From assembly GCF_036565765.1 (NCBI RefSeq), contig NZ_DATCXP010000094.1: DNA of 42,659 nt. One strand, given 5' to 3'. This document shows positions 9,989 to 21,205 of the stretch, in pieces. Under the pieces are notes generated by a model that was given only the letters and a program-made list of their open reading frames with translations, was not told the origin of the DNA and ran no database searches. Origin of the DNA: Terrimesophilobacter sp. GTDB lineage: Bacteria > Actinomycetota > Actinomycetes > Actinomycetales > Microbacteriaceae. The position numbers were made by a program, and so were the translations under genes. How positions within the stretch are numbered: position 1 is the stretch's first letter; every line of letters starts with the position of its first letter.

Positions 9989-10018
9989 ACTATATCGTTT
10001 CCGTTACCGTTTCGTTAC
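9989..10018 (-). promoter_or_regulatory. -10 element plus 11-nt-period direct repeat (OmpR-family-type site) upstream of GDPD
   Basis: Minus strand reads GTAAC-gaaacg-GTAAC-ggaaacga-TATAGT; GTTAC at 10003 and 10014 on the plus strand. Confidence 0.4.
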
Positions 10019-10048
10019 ACTCTGGCGGGGTGCGTGACACCGGCGAAG

Positions 10049-10902
10049 CTAGATGATGCCCTTCGGGTGCCAGACCGTCTTCGTCTCGGTGAAGAACTGG
10101 ATGCGCTCGATGGATGGCGCCGGCACCCCGGCCTCCGGTGGCAGCACTCGCTTGAGCGTGTCCGCCGCCGCGATCTGCAGGTCCACCCAGTCGAGGGACT
10201 CTGCGCCGGCGAGATCGAGCGCGTTCACGTCGGCGTGACTGGCAAGCCACGGCGTGATCTCCGCGGGAGAGCCGGTCAGGATGTTGATGACGCCACCGGG
10301 CACATCGCTCGTGGCGAGCACCTCGCTCAGGCTGATCGCGCTGAGCGGCGCGGTCTCGCTCGCGATGACGACCACCGTGTTCCCGCTCACGACGGCCGGC
10401 GCGACGACCGAGACGAGCCCGAGCAGCGCCGAGTCCTGCGGCGCGACGATCGCCACGACCCCGGTCGGCTCCGGCGTCGAGATGTTGAAGTACGGGCCGC
10501 TCACCGCGTTCGCGTTGCCGGAGACCTGCAGGTACTTGTCCGCCCATCCGGCGTACCAGATCCAGACGTCGATCGCCGCGTCGACTTCGCGGCCGGCCTG
10601 CGCCTCGCTGAGGCCCCTCCCCTGCCGAAGCTCCTCGACGAACTGGGCTCGACGCCCCTCAAGCAGTTCCGCGATGCGGTACAGCACCTGGCCGCGGTTG
10701 TATCCGGTCGCCCCGGCCCAGCCGGAAACGGCCGCACGTGCCGCGACGACCGCATCGCGGGCATCCTTGCGGCTCGCCTTCGCCGCGTTCGCGAGAAAGG
10801 CGCCCCTGCGCGTGGCGACCTCATAGGTGCGGCCGGACTCGCTGCGGGGGAACTTCCCGCCGATGTAGAGCTTGTAGGTCTTCGGAACGGCGAGGCGGGC
10901 GG

Positions 10903-10906
<4 letters not shown>
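10049..10906 (-). CDS. Short aldehyde dehydrogenase family protein (catalytic domain apparently absent)
   Basis: KLYIGGKFPRSESG, YAGWADK, PTGVVAIVAP, PGGVINILTG and ETKTVW; 285 aa with no ELGGK or catalytic Cys segment; overlaps the upstream ALDH stop. Confidence 0.85.
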
Positions 10907-12516
<1,610 letters not shown>

Positions 12517-12527
12517 GGTGGTATCTC

Positions 12528-13541
12528 CTAGTCGATCGTCACGTAGTCGGGGCCGCTGTAGTGGCCGGTCTTCAGTTTCTGGCGCTGCAGCAGCACGTCA
12601 TTGAGCAGGCTCGAGGCGCCGAACCGGAACAGGCTCGGGTGCAGCCATTCCTCGCCGACGGTCTCCGCTACCGTCACGAGGTACCGGATGGCGTCCTTCG
12701 ACGACCGGATACCGCCGGCCGGCTTCACTCCGATCCTCTCCCCGGTGAGGCGGTGCCAGTCGTTCACGACCTGCAGCATGAGGAGCGTGACCGGGAGCGT
12801 CGCCGCCGGCTGCACCTTGCCGGTCGAGGTCTTGATGAAGTCGGCGCCGGCGAGGATGGCGAGCCAGGAGGCCCTGCGCACGTTGTCGTAGGTGTTCAGC
12901 TCGCCGGTCTCCAGGATCACCTTGAGGTGGGCGTAGCTGCCGTCGGCCCGACGGCAGGCATCCTTCACGGCGACGATCTGGTCGAATACGAGGCCGTAGC
13001 GCCCGGACAGGAAGGCCCCCCTGTCGATGACCATGTCGATCTCGTCGGCGCCGTTCGCCACGGCATCCTTCGTGTCGGCGAGCTTCACGGCGAGCGACGC
13101 GCGCCCGCTCGGGAACGCCGTGGCGACAGCCGCGACGTTGATTCCGGTCGTCCCGCCCGCCGCGTGCGCCGCGCCGAGAGCGGCCACCGCGTAGGGGACC
13201 ATGTCCCCGTACACGCACACGGCTGCCACGCGCGGCGTCGTCGGATCCGACGGATCCGGTGTCATCGCCTTCGCGACCAGCGATTGGACCTTCCCGGGAG
13301 TGTCGGCGCCCTCGAGCGTCGTGAGGTCGATGAGTGTGATGACCGTGTCGAGCGCCCAGGCCTTCGAGGTGGTCTTGATCGAGCGGGTCGCAAGGCCCGC
13401 CGCACGAGCCTCGAGGCCGACCGCGTCGACGCCGGACAGGCCGTCGAGGTGCAGCTTGAGGCTTCGCTCGGTGAGATCCGTTCCGATCAACTGCACCGCC
13501 CGTTCGGCCGGTGCCAGCGCAAGGGACTGTTCCAGTGTCAT
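12528..13541 (-). CDS. deoC: Deoxyribose-phosphate aldolase
   Basis: IDLTTLEGADT, AAVCVY, ATAFPSG, EIDMVI, LKVILETGEL, FIKTSTGK, KPAGGIR and FRFGASSLL; ATGA-coupled to the regulator. Confidence 0.95.
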   Translation of the reverse strand: MTLEQSLALAPAERAVQLIGTDLTERSLKLHLDGLSGVDAVGLEARAAGLATRSIKTTSKAWALDTVITLIDLTTLEGADTPGKVQSLVAKAMTPDPSDPTTPRVAAVCVYGDMVPYAVAALGAAHAAGGTTGINVAAVATAFPSGRASLAVKLADTKDAVANGADEIDMVIDRGAFLSGRYGLVFDQIVAVKDACRRADGSYAHLKVILETGELNTYDNVRRASWLAILAGADFIKTSTGKVQPAATLPVTLLMLQVVNDWHRLTGERIGVKPAGGIRSSKDAIRYLVTVAETVGEEWLHPSLFRFGASSLLNDVLLQRQKLKTGHYSGPDYVTID

Positions 13542-14506
13542 TCTGCCGATCCTCCGTGATCTCTCTGCCCGAGTGGCGCAGAGTCCAGCAATGCGGCCGC
13601 GGTCGCCTCGTCGGTGACGATGACGCTGCACAGACCGCTCGCGACGATGGCGCTCGCGACCGGATGCTTCGCCTCGCCCGCCACGACGAAGATCGCCGTG
13701 TCCGCCGCGCGCAACTGCTCGAGCCCGAGTCCAACGGTACGCTCGTCCAGCCCCGGGTCCACCGGGTTGCCGTTCGCGTCGATGTAGCGGCCGACCACGT
13801 CGCCGACCGCTCCCTTGCGCACGAGTTCCGTCACGTCATCCGTCGTCAGATAGCCGCTCTCGACCAGAACGGAGGACTCGTCGGCGACGCCGGCGCTGTA
13901 CAGATAGATGTCCGCCGCCGCCGCGCGATCGAGCACGCTCGCGACCGTGCGGTCGGCCTCGATCGCCCGCTTCGTCTCGAGACGCTCCAGGATGGCGGGG
14001 CTCGGCAGCAGGATCGCCTGACCGTTCGCCTTGTGCGCGATCGCTGCCGCCGTCGTCGCCGCGGTCCCCGCCCTCTTGTTGAGGCTCACGCCGCCGTTGA
14101 TCTGCACGACGGTCACGCCCCTCGCCCAGTCGGACGAGAGGTGGTCGGCGACATCGTCGATCGTGCGCCCCCAGCTGATTCCGAGCGTGCGAGGGACCGG
14201 CCGAAGCGCGGTGAGGTAATCGGCGGCGGCCTGGGCGACGCGCGAGCGCAGGTCATCCGCCATGGGGATCACCACGGCATCCTTCAAGCCGAAGCGCTCC
14301 CGCAGCTCTCGCTCGACGCCGAGCCTGCGCGCACGCGGGTGGACGATCTCGATGCGAACGATCCCGCGTTCCCGCGCCCGGGTGAGCAGCCGGCCGACCT
14401 TCCAGCGGGTCACTCCGAGGAGGGCGCCGATCTCATCCTGCGTCTTGTTCTCGTCGTAGTAGAGCTCGGCGATGCGCACGGTGAGCAGTTCCGTGTCGTT
14501 CGACAT
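13538..14506 (-). CDS. Sugar-binding transcriptional regulator (SorC/DeoR family)
   Basis: AELYY..TQDEIG..LGVTRWKVGRLL HTH, LGISWGRT, GAVGDV.GRY and AGEAK..; GAGGAGG RBS. Confidence 0.92.
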   Translation of the reverse strand: MSNDTELLTVRIAELYYDENKTQDEIGALLGVTRWKVGRLLTRARERGIVRIEIVHPRARRLGVERELRERFGLKDAVVIPMADDLRSRVAQAAADYLTALRPVPRTLGISWGRTIDDVADHLSSDWARGVTVVQINGGVSLNKRAGTAATTAAAIAHKANGQAILLPSPAILERLETKRAIEADRTVASVLDRAAAADIYLYSAGVADESSVLVESGYLTTDDVTELVRKGAVGDVVGRYIDANGNPVDPGLDERTVGLGLEQLRAADTAIFVVAGEAKHPVASAIVASGLCSVIVTDEATAAALLDSAPLGQRDHGGSAE

Positions 14507-14526
14507 GGCGGCCTCCTCTCGCTTCA

Positions 14527-14584
14527 AGGCTAGGCCGGTCACCCCACGATCTCAACATTCGCAGAGCCTTCTGCTCATATGAGC
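14527..14584 (-). promoter_or_regulatory. Sigma-A-like promoter and palindromic operator of the deo operon
   Basis: TTGAGA (14550-14555)-N17-TAGCCT (14527-14532) on minus; perfect palindrome GCTCATATGAGC at 14573-14584. Confidence 0.6.
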
Positions 14585-14620
14585 GAATTGCCCTGAGAGC
14601 CGTGCACGCCTGAGCGCCGC

Positions 14621-15568
14621 TCAGCGCGCCCCCGAGCTGAGCAGCTCGACATAGGCGCGGAAGAACCCCTCTTCATCGATCTCGTCGATGACGGTCGCGT
14701 TCGGGGCGTTGCGGTGCGGGCGGTCGTCGAACAGCGAATAGCCACGAGTCAGTTCGCTCGCGGTCTCGATCGCGACGAACTTCCTGCTGCTCGACCGGAC
14801 CAGATCCGGACGGACCAGCATCATGGCGGTCACGGAGTCGGGATGGGTGCTCCCCATGATGCCCTCGCTCTCGTTGTAGTCGATGTTCGGCTTGTCGAGG
14901 ATCGTGAAGAACCTCGCGAGGTCGTTGTCGATCGCCGCGATCTCGGCGAGCTGCTCACGGCTCCAGGTCGCCTGGGCGAGCGTGAGAGTCCAGGTCGCGA
15001 TCGTGACGTCGAAGCCGGCCCGCATCACGATGTCCGCCGCCTCCGGGTCGACGAAGAAGTTGTACTCGGCCGCCGCGGTCACGTTGCCTACCGAGTTGTC
15101 GCAGCCGCCCATGATCCAGAGCTCGCGCACCTTGCTCGCGAAGTCCCGGTCGAGCAGCACGGCGGTCGCGATGTTGGTGAGCGGTCCGATCGCGAGAATG
15201 TCGATCTCCCCCGGGTTCTCGTCGACGATGCGGACGAGAGCCTGCGCCGCCGCCTCGTCGCTCGGCACCTGGGTCGGTTTGGCGAAGTCATGGTTTCCCT
15301 TGCCGTCGCCGTGGGCCCGCGACTGGTACCAGGGTCTCATCATCGGCACCCGGGCACCGAGGTGGACAGGGACCTCCCCGGAGCGGCCAGCGGCCTCGAC
15401 CGTGAGCAGCGCATTCTCGATCTGCTGCTCGAACGCGACGTTGCCTGCGACGATCGTGATCGCCTCGAGCCGCGCGTTCTCGTGAAGCAGGCCGACGAGC
15501 AGGGCGAAACTGTCGTCCGCGGCGGTGTCTGTGTCGATGATCATGCGGCGGATCTTCTCGTTCGACAT
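14621..15568 (-). CDS. Nucleoside hydrolase (IUNH family) 1
   Basis: IIDTDTAADD, GNV, IGPLTNIA, MGG..GNVTAAAEYNFFVDPEAA; THPDS near the C-terminal active-site position. Confidence 0.92.
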   Translation of the reverse strand: MSNEKIRRMIIDTDTAADDSFALLVGLLHENARLEAITIVAGNVAFEQQIENALLTVEAAGRSGEVPVHLGARVPMMRPWYQSRAHGDGKGNHDFAKPTQVPSDEAAAQALVRIVDENPGEIDILAIGPLTNIATAVLLDRDFASKVRELWIMGGCDNSVGNVTAAAEYNFFVDPEAADIVMRAGFDVTIATWTLTLAQATWSREQLAEIAAIDNDLARFFTILDKPNIDYNESEGIMGSTHPDSVTAMMLVRPDLVRSSSRKFVAIETASELTRGYSLFDDRPHRNAPNATVIDEIDEEGFFRAYVELLSSGAR

Positions 15569-15584
15569 GGTTGCTCTCCTTGGG

Positions 15585-16901
15585 TCAGGGAAGCGCGCCG
15601 GGCTGGCCGACGGCGCTGGGGACAGTGGATTTCCGCGGCTCTCTGACGCGGAGGGCGAGCACGATGCCGACGACCGCGAAGACGGCGGCGCCCGTGAACA
15701 CCGGAGGGTAGCCGAGTGGCACGACGAGTGCGCCTGCTGCCAACGGCCCGAGAATGAAGAACGGCGCGAGCAGAGTCGATGTCGTACCGAGATACAGGCT
15801 CGTCTTCTCGGCAGGCGCGAGCTCGATCGACATGTTCGGGTCGCCGATCACGGTCACCGCGTTCGCTCCCCCCAGGGCGGCGAAAATCGCGATGTAGGCA
15901 GGAAGCGCCTCCGCCACGACCGCGCCCGCCATCCCGGCGGCGATGAGCACCCCGCCGAGGATCACCACGATCCTCCAGCCGAAGTAGTTCCCGATCAGCC
16001 CGAGAAGGAACCCGAGCACCGCCTGGGACAGGATGAACACGGCGGCAAGAAGCGCGGCATCGGAGGTTCTCAGGCCGCGATCGATCCCGTCGACGACGAC
16101 GAATCCGACTCCGAAGGTGGAGAAGGCCAGAAACGCCCGCGCCGTCACGAAGCGCCCGTACACCCGGTCTCCGGAGATCAGCGACGGGATCTCCCGGATC
16201 GTGGTCAACAGTCGCGGCCGAGGCTCGACGTGCGGGTAGGGGACCTCCCGGAGTCCTGCAATGAAGAAGATCGACAGGAACGACAGGCCGAAGCAGATCC
16301 AGAAGCAGAGCTGGATTCCCTGCGGGAACTCGTTGGTCCTGATGATGTTCTCCGCCACGAGCGCAGCGCTGAAGCCGAGAACGCCTCCGAGCAGCTGCAC
16401 GGAGCCGTAGAACCAGCCGCGTCCCCTCGTGAGGGCCTTCGCCACGAAATCCCCGTACACCGGACCGATGAGCCCGGTCGTGACCGCGTACGCGCAGAAG
16501 GCGAGGAAGAAGAGGCCGAGGACGACTCCCGTGTCGACGGCGCCGATGAGCTGGGCGGTTCCCGCGATCGCAAGGATGCCGACCCGCTCCGCGATCACGA
16601 TCGTCAGGAGCATGGGCTTCCTCCGGCTGCGCCCGCGCACCAGGTGCGCTCCGATCAGCTGCGGAAGGTAGCGTCCGATCGCGAATGTCGCGGCGACCAG
16701 GCCGACCAGCACTGAGCTTCCGCTGAGCTGCTGGATGAATGCGGGGATGATCGTCGTCTCCGAGAGCAGCGAGATCGCGAACGCGAAGGTCGCACCGTCG
16801 AGCATCAGAAACAGGAAGTTGCGCCTCTGATGTTCGGACATCGCGCGCGCGTACTCCGGGGCCGCAGCGGCGAGCCGCGCGACATCCGCGCTTACGGCCA
16901 C
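15585..16901 (-). CDS. MFS transporter
   Basis: About 12 hydrophobic segments and G.IGNYFGWR MFS-like loop. Start is either GTG 16901 (overlapping the upstream stop) or ATG 16841. Confidence 0.85.
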   Translation of the reverse strand: MAVSADVARLAAAAPEYARAMSEHQRRNFLFLMLDGATFAFAISLLSETTIIPAFIQQLSGSSVLVGLVAATFAIGRYLPQLIGAHLVRGRSRRKPMLLTIVIAERVGILAIAGTAQLIGAVDTGVVLGLFFLAFCAYAVTTGLIGPVYGDFVAKALTRGRGWFYGSVQLLGGVLGFSAALVAENIIRTNEFPQGIQLCFWICFGLSFLSIFFIAGLREVPYPHVEPRPRLLTTIREIPSLISGDRVYGRFVTARAFLAFSTFGVGFVVVDGIDRGLRTSDAALLAAVFILSQAVLGFLLGLIGNYFGWRIVVILGGVLIAAGMAGAVVAEALPAYIAIFAALGGANAVTVIGDPNMSIELAPAEKTSLYLGTTSTLLAPFFILGPLAAGALVVPLGYPPVFTGAAVFAVVGIVLALRVREPRKSTVPSAVGQPGALP

Positions 16902-17641
16902 TGCCGGCCCCCGCGATCGTTCTCGATGAGAACCCGTAGGGCTTCGACCGAGGCGGTCAGGAGTTGACCGCGATCCACCGAGCCGTCGCCGGAATGCATC
17001 TGCATGACCCCTCCCGTCCGCACCCGGTGGATCGCTCCGAGCACGAAGATCGCCGAGGCCTCCATCTCGGAGCAGATCGCCCCTCCGGCGACCCAGGCGT
17101 TCCACCGGTCGTGCAGGCGGTGGGCCATCGGCATCCGCTCCGGTTCGACTTCTCCGTAGAACGAGTCCTTCGACTGGGACACCCCGAGGCGATGCGGGAT
17201 GCCGTGCCGGCGGGCGCCTTCCGCGATCGCGTCGACCACCTGGGGGTCGGCGATCGCGGGGAACTCGATCGGCAGGTAGTGGCTCGACGTTCCCTCGTCG
17301 CGAATGGCCGCGGTGACGACGGCGAGTTCGCCGTCGGGCGTCCCCGGCTGGATCGCGCCGGAAGTCCCGACACGGATGAACGTGTCGGCGCCGATCGCGA
17401 TGAGCTCTTCTACCGCGATCGCGGATGACGGACAGCCGATCCCGGTCGAGACGACGCTGACCTTCTCGCCGTCGAGGGTTCCTGTCCAGGTCGTGTACTC
17501 CCGATTCGATGCGACGTGAGCGGCGTCGTCGAACAGTGCCGCGATGGGTTCGCAGCGGCCAGGGTCGCCGGGAAGCAGGACGTAGCGTCCAACGTCGCCG
17601 CGCCGGAGCCGGATGTGGTGCTGCAGATCGTCGGGGCTCAT
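16892..17641 (-). CDS. Uridine phosphorylase-like nucleoside phosphorylase, variant (SFYGEVE)
   Basis: HHI, LPGDPGR, SNREY, STGIG.PS, RVGTSG, RDEGTS, KDSFYGEVEPERMP and CSEME; ATGA-coupled to the upstream paralog. Confidence 0.9.
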   Translation of the reverse strand: MSPDDLQHHIRLRRGDVGRYVLLPGDPGRCEPIAALFDDAAHVASNREYTTWTGTLDGEKVSVVSTGIGCPSSAIAVEELIAIGADTFIRVGTSGAIQPGTPDGELAVVTAAIRDEGTSSHYLPIEFPAIADPQVVDAIAEGARRHGIPHRLGVSQSKDSFYGEVEPERMPMAHRLHDRWNAWVAGGAICSEMEASAIFVLGAIHRVRTGGVMQMHSGDGSVDRGQLLTASVEALRVLIENDRGGRQWP

Positions 17642-18420
17642 GCCGCCGCCTCGCGGTCGCGGGCGATCAGTTCCCGGATCCCGGCGACCGCGGCAGGAAG
17701 CAGATTGTCGAGAGAGCCTGCTGCCTTCTCCTCGGCCGTCATCGGCGCCATGTCGTGGTGCCCGAGGATCATCATGACCCCGCCTGCCCGCACGCCGAGC
17801 GTCGCGGCGACGATGTAGAGCGCGGCCGCCTCCATCTCGGAGCAGATCGCCCCGCCCGCCATCCACGCCGACCAGCGTTCCTTCAGGCGGTTCGCCACCG
17901 GCATCCTGCCCGGTTCGTGCTGTCCGTAGAAGGAGTCCTTCGACTGCGAGATGCCGACCCGGAACGGTCTGCCGAGAGAGCGAGCGCCGATGGCGAGTGC
18001 ACGAGTCACGTCGAGATCCGCGACGGCAGGGAATTCGATGGGCAGGTAGTGACTCGACGTTCCCTCGTCGCGAATGGCACCGGAGATGATCCCGAGTGTC
18101 CCCGGCACGATATCCGGCTGCATCGATCCCGAGGTGCCGACCCGGACGAAGGTGTCCGCCCCGACCTTCACGAGCTCCTCCATCGCGATGGCTGCGGAGG
18201 GGCAGCCGATCCCGGTCGACGTCACCGACACCAGCTCACCGTCGAGGTATCCGCTCCAGGTCTCGTATTCGCGGTTGCTCGCGACGAGCCTCGGTTCGTC
18301 GAAGAGTCTCGCGATCGGCTCGCATCGCCCGGGGTCGCCGGGCAGGAAGACGTAGCGCCCGACCTCCCCCGGCGCGACCTGGATGTGGTGCTGGCGCTCG
18401 TGCGCTGCTGTTGCTGGCAT
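17638..18420 (-). CDS. udp: Uridine phosphorylase
   Basis: QHHI, LPGDPGR, STGIG.PS, RVGTSG, KDSFYGQHEPGRMP and CSEME. Confidence 0.88.
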   Translation of the reverse strand: MPATAAHERQHHIQVAPGEVGRYVFLPGDPGRCEPIARLFDEPRLVASNREYETWSGYLDGELVSVTSTGIGCPSAAIAMEELVKVGADTFVRVGTSGSMQPDIVPGTLGIISGAIRDEGTSSHYLPIEFPAVADLDVTRALAIGARSLGRPFRVGISQSKDSFYGQHEPGRMPVANRLKERWSAWMAGGAICSEMEAAALYIVAATLGVRAGGVMMILGHHDMAPMTAEEKAAGSLDNLLPAAVAGIRELIARDREAAA

Positions 18421-18467
18421 AGTTCTGATCCTGTTCCTGATGTCCGACGCTGTGTCGGCGCTGAGAG

Positions 18468-19361
18468 TTACTTTTTGAAGGCGTAGATGAGCGTGATGAG
18501 GATCACCGCTCCGAAGACGGTTGCGGCGACGATGAACAGCCACAGCACCAGGGTCGGCGGGAAGACGATCACGTGGCTCAGGCTCCACAGCCCGCGCGAG
18601 ATGGAGACGTAGCTGAGCCCGCCGAGCACGATCGCTCCGAGCCCGGCCAGCAGCCAGTCGCCTGGTCGCATCGCCACCTGCCGGTAGCTGGTCTTGTGTC
18701 CGTCTGACCCGAATCCGCGGGATTCGAGGGAGATGGAGAGCTGTTGCACCCGCTCGATAGCGCCGACGAAGACCGGAACGAAGCTCGGCAGCACCGCTGC
18801 GAATCCGCGGCCCTTCATCCCTCGCGACTTCTGCGCGCTCATGATGATGCCGACCTCGCGCTGGAACACCGGGATGAGGTTGAGCGTCATGGACATCATG
18901 AAGTTGAGCGTGTAGGGGACCTTCAGCTTCGCGAACGTCGTGAACATGTCGCTCGGGTGGGTTGTCATCACCATCACGAGCGCCATCAGCAGCGAGGCCA
19001 CGATTCTGCCGAGCAGGACCAGGCCGTAGTAGAGACCGTCGCCGTAGAGCGTGAGAGCGCCGATCTCGGCGATCGGAGTCCAGGGCTTCTCGACCGCGGG
19101 GGCGATGATCTGCAGCGCGACCAGCGACGAGGCGACGGGGACCAGGATGAGCGAGGCCTTCAGAAGCGGCCTGACGACACCGGCGATCGGCGCCAGGATC
19201 AAGGCGAACAGGGCCATCGAGTACAGCAGCACGATGTTCTGGGTCGAGAAGGCGAGAACGATGTAGCCGGCGACCCAGATCATCTTGGGGAGCGGGTTGA
19301 TCCGATGGATCACGGAGTTTCCCGGGATCATCGTGATCGGCAAGGCCATTTGCATAGACAT
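18468..19361 (-). CDS. ecfT: ECF transporter transmembrane component T
   Basis: S.IHRINPLPK, AQKSRG and SLESRGF coupling-helix motifs. Confidence 0.92.
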   Translation of the reverse strand: MSMQMALPITMIPGNSVIHRINPLPKMIWVAGYIVLAFSTQNIVLLYSMALFALILAPIAGVVRPLLKASLILVPVASSLVALQIIAPAVEKPWTPIAEIGALTLYGDGLYYGLVLLGRIVASLLMALVMVMTTHPSDMFTTFAKLKVPYTLNFMMSMTLNLIPVFQREVGIIMSAQKSRGMKGRGFAAVLPSFVPVFVGAIERVQQLSISLESRGFGSDGHKTSYRQVAMRPGDWLLAGLGAIVLGGLSYVSISRGLWSLSHVIVFPPTLVLWLFIVAATVFGAVILITLIYAFKK

Positions 19362-19380
19362 ATGTAGTTAATCCTCGAGA

Positions 19381-20283
19381 TCAGTGCGCGACGGTGGCCG
19401 GGTCGGAGTTGGATCGGATGCGGAGTGCGATGTCCGCCGCGAGCTCCGCGGGAGTGAGGGCGACCGGTCCTCCGAGCGGGACGACGGTCTGCAGTGCGAT
19501 CTCGGTGATCTGCGGTGCCTGCAGATTGGTGCGGCCCATCAGCTCCTTGTCCGCGAAGACCTCCCGCGGGGAGGCATCGGCGATGATCCTGGTGTCCTTC
19601 ATCACGATCACGCGTCTCACGACATCCGCCAGAAGCGGCATGTCGTGGGAGACGCAGATCACGGTCGTCCCCTCGTCGGCGAGCCTGCGCATGAGCCCGT
19701 TGATGATGTGCGTCGTGCTGTGGTCCTGGCCGGTCGACGGCTCGTCGAAGATCAGGATGCGTGGACGCATGGTCACGATCGAGGCGATGCCCACGAGCTT
19801 GCGGATCGGGAAGCTGACCCGGTACGGGTGCTCGGCGATGTAGTCCTGAAGACCGAAGAATTCGACGGCGTCGGCGACGCGCTGGTCGATCTCGGCCTCC
19901 GGCACCCCGATGTTCCTCGGCCCGAACTTCAATTCCTCTTCGATCGTGCGCGCGAACAGCTGATGGTTGGGGTTCTGGAAGACATAGCCGACGTGTGCGG
20001 CCATCTGCTGAACCGTGCGATCCGCCGTATCCATCCCATTGATGAGAATCGAGCCGGAACTCGGCTTCAGGAGCCCGTTGAACAGTTTCGTGAGCGTTGT
20101 CTTTCCCGAACCGTTCTGGCCGATGATCCCGAGAAGCTCTCCGTGCTCGACCTTCAGGTCGATACCGCCGAGCGCGACGACGCGGCCGCTCGGGTACACA
20201 TAGTGGGCGTCCCTGACGTCGACGGCGAGGAGTGACTTCGAGGACTCGTGCGTCGGAACGCCGGTGTTCACGGTCTTAGGCAT
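19381..20283 (-). CDS. ECF transporter ATPase (A' type)
   Basis: GQNGSGKT, VFQNPNHQLF, HPYRVSFPIRK (degenerate signature), DEPSTGQD and SHDM. Confidence 0.92.
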   Translation of the reverse strand: MPKTVNTGVPTHESSKSLLAVDVRDAHYVYPSGRVVALGGIDLKVEHGELLGIIGQNGSGKTTLTKLFNGLLKPSSGSILINGMDTADRTVQQMAAHVGYVFQNPNHQLFARTIEEELKFGPRNIGVPEAEIDQRVADAVEFFGLQDYIAEHPYRVSFPIRKLVGIASIVTMRPRILIFDEPSTGQDHSTTHIINGLMRRLADEGTTVICVSHDMPLLADVVRRVIVMKDTRIIADASPREVFADKELMGRTNLQAPQITEIALQTVVPLGGPVALTPAELAADIALRIRSNSDPATVAH

Positions 20284-21139
20284 TGGATGCTCCCAGAAGG
20301 TTGTTGATGGCCTCGACCGCGGGCTGGGTGCGGGTGGGCACCGGGCCCGCCCAGAGGTGTTCGTCGTCGAGGAGTCTGGCGAGCGCGGCTGCCTCAGGAA
20401 CCCGCAGGTTCAGTGCCGCCAGCGCATCGACCTGGCTGAAGATCTCCTGCGGGGTCCCGTTCATGACTATGCGTCCGCCATCCATCACGATCACGCGGTC
20501 GGCGAAATCAGCCATGACCTCGACCTCGTGCTCGATGACGATGACCGTCATTCCCTGTTCGCGATTGAGCTTCGCGGCCATGTCGAAGACTTCCTGCTTG
20601 CCGATCGGGTCGAGGTTCGACGTCGGCTCGTCCATGATCAGCACCTTCGGTTTCATGGCGAGCACCGCGGCGATGGCCAGACGTTGCTGCTGGCCTCCGG
20701 AGAGCCCGAGGGGTGATCGCTCCTCGAATCCGGCGAGCCCGACCAGGGCGAGGGTCTCCGGGATGATCCGCTTCATGTCCTCGTAGGACACGCCGGCGTT
20801 CTCGAGGCCAAGGGCCACTTCCTCCGCCGCGGACAACTGGCTCATCTGGAATTCCGGATTGTCGAAGACCATGCCGACGATCTTGGCCATCTCCCGCACC
20901 GGGAATTCCGACACATCGAGGCCATCGACGGTTACCGTGCCCTCGAGCCGGCCGCCGAGCATGGTCGGGATCACGCCGTTCACGCAGAGGCCGAGCGTCG
21001 TCTTTCCCGCGCCGTTGAGGCCGAGGATCGACACGTACTCGCCGGCCTGGATGTCCAGGCTGATCGAGCGGAGGGCGAGATCCTCGGTTCCCGGGTAGCT
21101 GTACGAGACGTCGGTGAAGCGAATTATTGGTTCAGACAT
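20276..21139 (-). CDS. ECF transporter ATPase (A type)
   Basis: GLNGAGKT, VFDNPEFQ, LSGGQQQR, DEPTSNLD and IEH. Confidence 0.92.
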   Translation of the reverse strand: MSEPIIRFTDVSYSYPGTEDLALRSISLDIQAGEYVSILGLNGAGKTTLGLCVNGVIPTMLGGRLEGTVTVDGLDVSEFPVREMAKIVGMVFDNPEFQMSQLSAAEEVALGLENAGVSYEDMKRIIPETLALVGLAGFEERSPLGLSGGQQQRLAIAAVLAMKPKVLIMDEPTSNLDPIGKQEVFDMAAKLNREQGMTVIVIEHEVEVMADFADRVIVMDGGRIVMNGTPQEIFSQVDALAALNLRVPEAAALARLLDDEHLWAGPVPTRTQPAVEAINNLLGASNA

Positions 21140-21154
21140 TGGTTCTCCAGTGGT

Positions 21155-21190
21155 CGGGACGGTGCAGTTCTGGCGAACTGCACCGTCCCG
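21155..21190. terminator. Perfect 16-bp hairpin between S component and ATPase (mRNA stabiliser or attenuator)
   Basis: cgggacggtgcagttc-tggc-gaactgcaccgtcccg; no U-tract. Confidence 0.7.
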
Positions 21191-21205
21191 GGCGGGTGAT
21201 ACGTG

